Positions 7,346-10,442 of a stretch of 10,442 bases of DNA are shown one piece after another. Below the pieces are notes generated by a model that made no database searches, was not told the origin of the DNA, and was given only the letters and a program-made list of their open reading frames with translations. Both the position numbers and the translations under genes were made by a program. Position 1 is the stretch's first letter, and each line of letters opens with the position of its first letter. The DNA is taken from positions 1 through 10,442 of the forward strand of contig JBNJFE010000026.1 in the NCBI GenBank assembly GCA_051746505.1, in the 5' to 3' direction. Origin of the DNA: Campylobacterota bacterium (lineage in GTDB: Bacteria > Campylobacterota > Campylobacteria > Campylobacterales > Sulfurovaceae).

Positions 7346-7717
7346 ATGGCTCATGAAGGTTTTCACGAAGATCCAAGTCAATTATCAAATTACGCAAAAG
7401 ATTATCACAGAATCATAGAAAGTACGATGGAAGAACTTGAAGCGGTAGACTGGTACAACCAGCGGGCCGAGTGCGCCACCGACGAGGAGGCCAGGCGCAT
7501 TATGGAACACAACCGTGATGAAGAGATTGAACACGCCTGCATGGGTATTGAGTGGCTGCGCAAAAATTCGCCCGTGTGGGATGAGATGCTAAGGGAGTTT
7601 TTATTTAAAGACGGCGATATCGTCGGCAACGAAGAAGCAATGACCGGCGGTGAAAGCCAGGAAAGCGAGCCCGCGGGCAGCGGCGGTACGCTCAATATCG
7701 GAAAAAACAGCAGATAA
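7346..7717 (+). CDS. Encapsulated ferritin-like protein (EncFtn), an encapsulin cargo with a C-terminal targeting peptide
   Basis: The core MEELEAVDWYNQRAECATDEEARRIMEHNRDEEIEHACMGIEWLRKNSPVWDEMLREFLF matches the EncFtn or Flp four-helix ferroxidase family, with conserved Glu and His iron ligands in the ExxH contexts. The C-terminus is a Gly/Ser/Glu-rich linker ending in GSGGTLNIGKNSR, which resembles the encapsulin cargo-loading peptide consensus (S/T)LxIGxL(K/R). The RBS aaggaaa lies 5 nt upstream. Confidence 0.85.
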   Translation: MAHEGFHEDPSQLSNYAKDYHRIIESTMEELEAVDWYNQRAECATDEEARRIMEHNRDEEIEHACMGIEWLRKNSPVWDEMLREFLFKDGDIVGNEEAMTGGESQESEPAGSGGTLNIGKNSR

Positions 7718-7727
7718 AGGAGAGATA

Positions 7728-8531
7728 ATGGAAATTTTAAACAGAGTAAACGCCCCTTTCGGTGAGGGCGTATGGAGTGAAATCGATGAGGTTATGGGGG
7801 AGTTTTTAGGCAAACGCCTTAACCTTAGAGCCGCGGTTGATTTCAAAGACGGGTATGATTATCATACTGACGGTATTTCCACGGGAGAAATTAAATCCGT
7901 CTCAAATAAAAACGATCTGAGCATTCAGGCAAGAGTGCCTTTAAATATGATCGAAATCAAAAAGCGTTTTAAACTGGGCGGCAGCGTGATCGAAGATATC
8001 AAACGGGGTATGAGCGATTATGACGACAGCGCGTTTGCCGATGCTGCTAACGCCTTTGCCGCAAGTGAAAACGGTATGATCCTGCAAGGTATGAAACAAG
8101 CTGGAATCGAGGGGATCATGAGCAGCGGCGAAGTCAAAAGCGTCAGTGTGAATTCTGCCAAGGATATCCTCTCAGCCGTGGCCAAGGGCCTTGGTACGTT
8201 TAACAAAGAGTTTGTCGGCGGTCCCTTTAAACTCGTGATATCAAGTGCGACCATGGCCAAGCTGTATACGGAATTTTTTGACGGTATCAGCGTCAAAGCC
8301 AAGCTTGATGATATCCTGGGCGCAGGCAATATCGTAGTTAACGAAGATATCGGTGACAAAGACGCGCTGCTGCTTTCGCAGCAGGGCGGAGACTTTGAAT
8401 TTTACAGCGGGCTTGACGTAAGCGTGGGCTTTGAGAAAGAGACCAAAGACGGTGTGGAACTGTTTATAACCCAGACATGCGCGTTTCGAGTGCTTGGCCC
8501 AGAAGCGGCTATAGCCATCAAGATGAAATAA
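7728..8531 (+). CDS. Family-1 encapsulin nanocompartment shell protein (HK97 fold)
   Basis: The 267-aa product runs MEILNRVNAPF...GGDFEFYSGLDVSVGFEKETKDGVELFITQTCAFRVLGPEAAIAIKMK and aligns along its full length with Thermotoga maritima encapsulin, including the C-terminal GGDF...LFITETF motif. The ATG at 7728 has the RBS AAAGGAGAG and sits 10 nt after the EncFtn stop. The tabulated start at 7650 would overlap EncFtn and is rejected. Confidence 0.9.
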   Translation: MEILNRVNAPFGEGVWSEIDEVMGEFLGKRLNLRAAVDFKDGYDYHTDGISTGEIKSVSNKNDLSIQARVPLNMIEIKKRFKLGGSVIEDIKRGMSDYDDSAFADAANAFAASENGMILQGMKQAGIEGIMSSGEVKSVSVNSAKDILSAVAKGLGTFNKEFVGGPFKLVISSATMAKLYTEFFDGISVKAKLDDILGAGNIVVNEDIGDKDALLLSQQGGDFEFYSGLDVSVGFEKETKDGVELFITQTCAFRVLGPEAAIAIKMK

Positions 8532-8541
8532 AGAGGTCTTT

Positions 8542-8763
8542 ATGACAAAAGAAGAGTTGGCCAAATACAACGGCAAAGAGGGTAATAAAGCGTATGTCGG
8601 CTTTGAGGGCAAGGTATATGATGTTACCGCCAGTGCGTTGTGGAAAGATGGCGTACACAAAAAGAAACTGCACGCGGGCAATGACCTTACCGGCGAGATG
8701 GAAAAGGCACCCCATGGCAAAGAAGTGCTGGAGCGCTTTGAAGTCGTGGATACTTTAGAGTAG
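8542..8763 (+). CDS. Cytochrome-b5-like haem/steroid-binding-domain protein (COG4892-like), 73 aa
   Basis: The protein reads EELAKYNGKEGNKAYVGFEGKVYDVTASALWKDGVH...HAGNDLTGEMEKAPHGKEVLERF, the typical pattern of small prokaryotic cytochrome-b5-domain proteins, including the LxxYNGKDG...VYDVT...W..G.H...AG.DLT motif. The RBS aagagg lies 5 nt upstream and the gene begins 10 nt after the encapsulin stop, so it is probably co-transcribed. Confidence 0.7.
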   Translation: MTKEELAKYNGKEGNKAYVGFEGKVYDVTASALWKDGVHKKKLHAGNDLTGEMEKAPHGKEVLERFEVVDTLE

Positions 8764-8766
8764 GCC

Positions 8767-9585
8767 TTAAGCCCTTTTGCGCCGCTGCAGGAGTTTTTGC
8801 AGCGCCAAAACGATAAAAAGCGTCAATGACGCTACCGCGATCACGGCAGCCCCGCTGCTGAGATCGTAGGTGTAGGCTAGTCCCAGGCCGCTTAACATAA
8901 AAATAAGCGAAATAAAAAACGAAGCGATCATCATGTGCGCCAAAGAGTTGACAAAACGCTCGGCCAAAAACGGCGGGATCGTCAGCAGCGCGATGATAAG
9001 AATCAGGCCCACCGCCTGGATGCTGATAATAACACCAAGTGAGATCAATACGATCATGAGCATATAAAAGCTTTTGGCGTTCACCCCCTGCAGGGCCGCG
9101 AATTCACTGTCAAAACTCACGCTTAAAAACTCTTTGTAAAAGAGTATGACCAGTCCCACAATCAGGGTATCAAGAGTAGCCATCATCCATATGTCAAAAT
9201 CCCCCAGGCTCAGGATGCTTCCAAACAGATAACTCATCAGTTCAACGTTGTAGCCGGGCGTAAGATCCAGCAGTATGATCCCCGCAGCCATCCCAAACGC
9301 CCAGATCGCGCCGATAACGGTATCAATGCGCTCTTTGGAGTGAAACGAAAGCATGGCGATAATAACACCAAAGACCACCGCGCTTGCCAGCGCCCCCAGG
9401 ATAGGCGTAAAACCCAAAAACACCGCCAGCCCCAGTCCGCTGTAGCTGCCGTGCGCGATGCCGCCTGCGACAAAGACCATCTTGTTTACCACCGTCAGCG
9501 AACCGATCACCGCTGTGGCTATACTGACCAAAAACGCCGCGATCAGAGCGTTTTGGATGAAATCATACTGCAGCAGTTCAAACAT
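8767..9585 (-). CDS. znuB: ABC-3 family metal (Zn/Mn) ABC transporter permease
   Basis: The product begins MFELLQYDFIQNALIAAFLVSIATAVIGS, has 8-9 TM helices and ends QRRKRA. The start is placed at the ATG at 9585 inside an ATGTTTGA overlap with the upstream ATPase stop. The tabulated 9663 start would overlap the ATPase by 85 nt and is rejected. Metal specificity cannot be read from the sequence, so the znu symbol is tentative. Confidence 0.85.
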   Translation of the reverse strand: MFELLQYDFIQNALIAAFLVSIATAVIGSLTVVNKMVFVAGGIAHGSYSGLGLAVFLGFTPILGALASAVVFGVIIAMLSFHSKERIDTVIGAIWAFGMAAGIILLDLTPGYNVELMSYLFGSILSLGDFDIWMMATLDTLIVGLVILFYKEFLSVSFDSEFAALQGVNAKSFYMLMIVLISLGVIISIQAVGLILIIALLTIPPFLAERFVNSLAHMMIASFFISLIFMLSGLGLAYTYDLSSGAAVIAVASLTLFIVLALQKLLQRRKRA

Positions 9586-10288
9586 GATCGCATCCTGCGT
9601 GAATGAGTTCGACCGGGCAGACGTGATCACTGTCAAAGTCTTCTCTTTTTTTACTGATAGCATTGTGCATATGCAGTTTGTGGTCTATATGCGCGATCTT
9701 TGTCGCGTATCCCAGCAGTACCGCCGTATCGTGGCTGACGATGATAATGCCCACTTTTTTATTGAGCTTTTTGAGCAGGTCGTAGGTTTGCTGTTTGGAC
9801 TGCCTGTCCAGGCTGGCGGTGGGCTCATCCAGCAGCAGGATGTCAGCTTCGCTGCACAGGGCCCTGGCGATAAAGGCGCGCTGGCGCTGGCCTCCGGAGA
9901 GTTTGGAAATGTTTTGATCCGCAAAATCTTCCATGCCGACTGCTTCCAGGGCTTCATAGGCTTTGGCTTTATCTTTTTTGGTAAAAAAGCCAAACTTTTT
10001 TTGCGACAGGCGGCCCATGAGAACCGCGTCTAAAACCTTCATGGGAAAGTTTTTACCCGCCTGGGTGTTTTGGGGCACATACGAGAGTTTGATCCCCTTT
10101 TTAATACTGATGCGGCCGCTTTTTGGCGTAAGCAGTCCCAAAATCAGCTTTATCAGCGTGGATTTACCTCCGCCGTTTGGCCCGATAACGGCTAAAAAAT
10201 CGCTTTTGTCATAATGCAGCGTAATATCCTGCAGCACCGTTTCCCCGTCATAGGCAAAGCTTATGTTGTCCAGTTCCAGATCATGCAC
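9578..10288 (-). CDS. znuC: Metal ABC transporter ATP-binding protein
   Basis: Walker A is GPNGGGKST, the ABC signature LSGGQRQR, Walker B ILLLDEP and the H-loop IIVSHD. The start is a GTG at 10288, 1 nt after the stop of the upstream periplasmic-binding-protein gene. Confidence 0.9.
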   Translation of the reverse strand: MHDLELDNISFAYDGETVLQDITLHYDKSDFLAVIGPNGGGKSTLIKLILGLLTPKSGRISIKKGIKLSYVPQNTQAGKNFPMKVLDAVLMGRLSQKKFGFFTKKDKAKAYEALEAVGMEDFADQNISKLSGGQRQRAFIARALCSEADILLLDEPTASLDRQSKQQTYDLLKKLNKKVGIIIVSHDTAVLLGYATKIAHIDHKLHMHNAISKKREDFDSDHVCPVELIHAGCDHV

Positions 10289-10289
10289 G

Positions 10290-10442
10290 CTACAAAACCT
10301 TTGAAAGTTTTTGCGCCATCTGCAGCAGGTTGTGCTCCCATTTTGGACTCAGCGGCGACACCGTAATCGTTTTGCCGCCGATGCTTTCGGCGATGGTTTG
10401 CGCGCTTTTTTGCGAAAATTCCGGGGCGACAAAAACGGCTTT
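10290..10442 (-). CDS. znuA: Periplasmic metal-binding protein (TroA/ZnuA-like), C-terminal fragment that continues beyond the window
   Basis: The minus-strand translation ...AVFVAPEFSQKSAQTIAESIGGKTITVSPLSPKWEHNLLQMAQKLSKVL* resembles the C-terminus of cluster-9 solute-binding proteins, as in ...VF.EPQFS.K.A..IA.E.GAKV..LDPLG.... The TAG stop at 10290-10292 lies 1 nt upstream of the ATPase start. Confidence 0.55.
   Translation of the reverse strand, partial: KAVFVAPEFSQKSAQTIAESIGGKTITVSPLSPKWEHNLLQMAQKLSKVL

Noticed and set aside
7650-7727. An upstream ATG at 7650 extending the encapsulin ORF to 293 aa
   Set aside because: It would overlap the EncFtn C-terminus by 68 nt. The added N-terminus has no counterpart in encapsulins, and the ATG at 7728 has a strong RBS and a homologous N-terminus.
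9458-10214. Plus-strand ORFs of 191 and 83 aa, and minus-strand ORFs at 9237-9473 and 9685-9993, overlapping the ABC transporter genes
   Set aside because: They lie antisense or out of frame within the znuC and znuB coding regions, which carry clear Walker and signature motifs. Their products are low-complexity.
1-10442. A search for CRISPR arrays, tRNA or rRNA genes, IS elements or integrases
   Set aside because: There are no regularly spaced repeats, no cloverleaf-like GC-rich 75-90-nt segments, and no transposase- or integrase-like ORFs. The window looks like core chromosome.

Overview
The window is chromosomal and looks Campylobacterota-like; that taxonomic guess rests on AT-rich intergenic regions and promoters with a -10 box but no clear -35, and it is inference only. 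Gene order from the left is as follows. (1) A minus-strand membrane protein of 639 aa with a LapD-like architecture: TM, periplasmic domain, TM, HAMP, then a GGDEF domain and an EAL domain that are both catalytically degenerate, the EAL motif reading KVL. (2) Minus-strand acetyl-CoA synthetase (acs) followed by a hairpin terminator. (3) A roughly 750-bp regulatory region holding a GC-rich island, a 14-bp direct repeat, a 16-bp perfect GC palindrome, a questionable small ORF with a strong SD, and a near-consensus promoter. (4) A plus-strand OmpR-family response regulator and a tightly coupled sensor histidine kinase. (5) A minus-strand 150-aa ORF whose core looks like a degenerate stand-alone GGDEF domain and which overlaps the kinase 3' end. 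(6) A plus-strand family-1 encapsulin operon comprising an encapsulated ferritin-like cargo (EncFtn) with a C-terminal targeting peptide, the HK97-fold shell protein, and directly downstream a 73-aa cytochrome-b5-like (COG4892-type) putative haem-binding protein. (7) A convergent minus-strand ABC-3 metal uptake operon: the C-terminal part of the periplasmic binding protein, then the ATPase, then the permease, provisionally znuACB. The most interesting candidate is the three-gene encapsulin, EncFtn and cytochrome-b5-like unit beside the two-component system and the degenerate c-di-GMP-type proteins. No rRNA, tRNA, CRISPR or transposase was seen.
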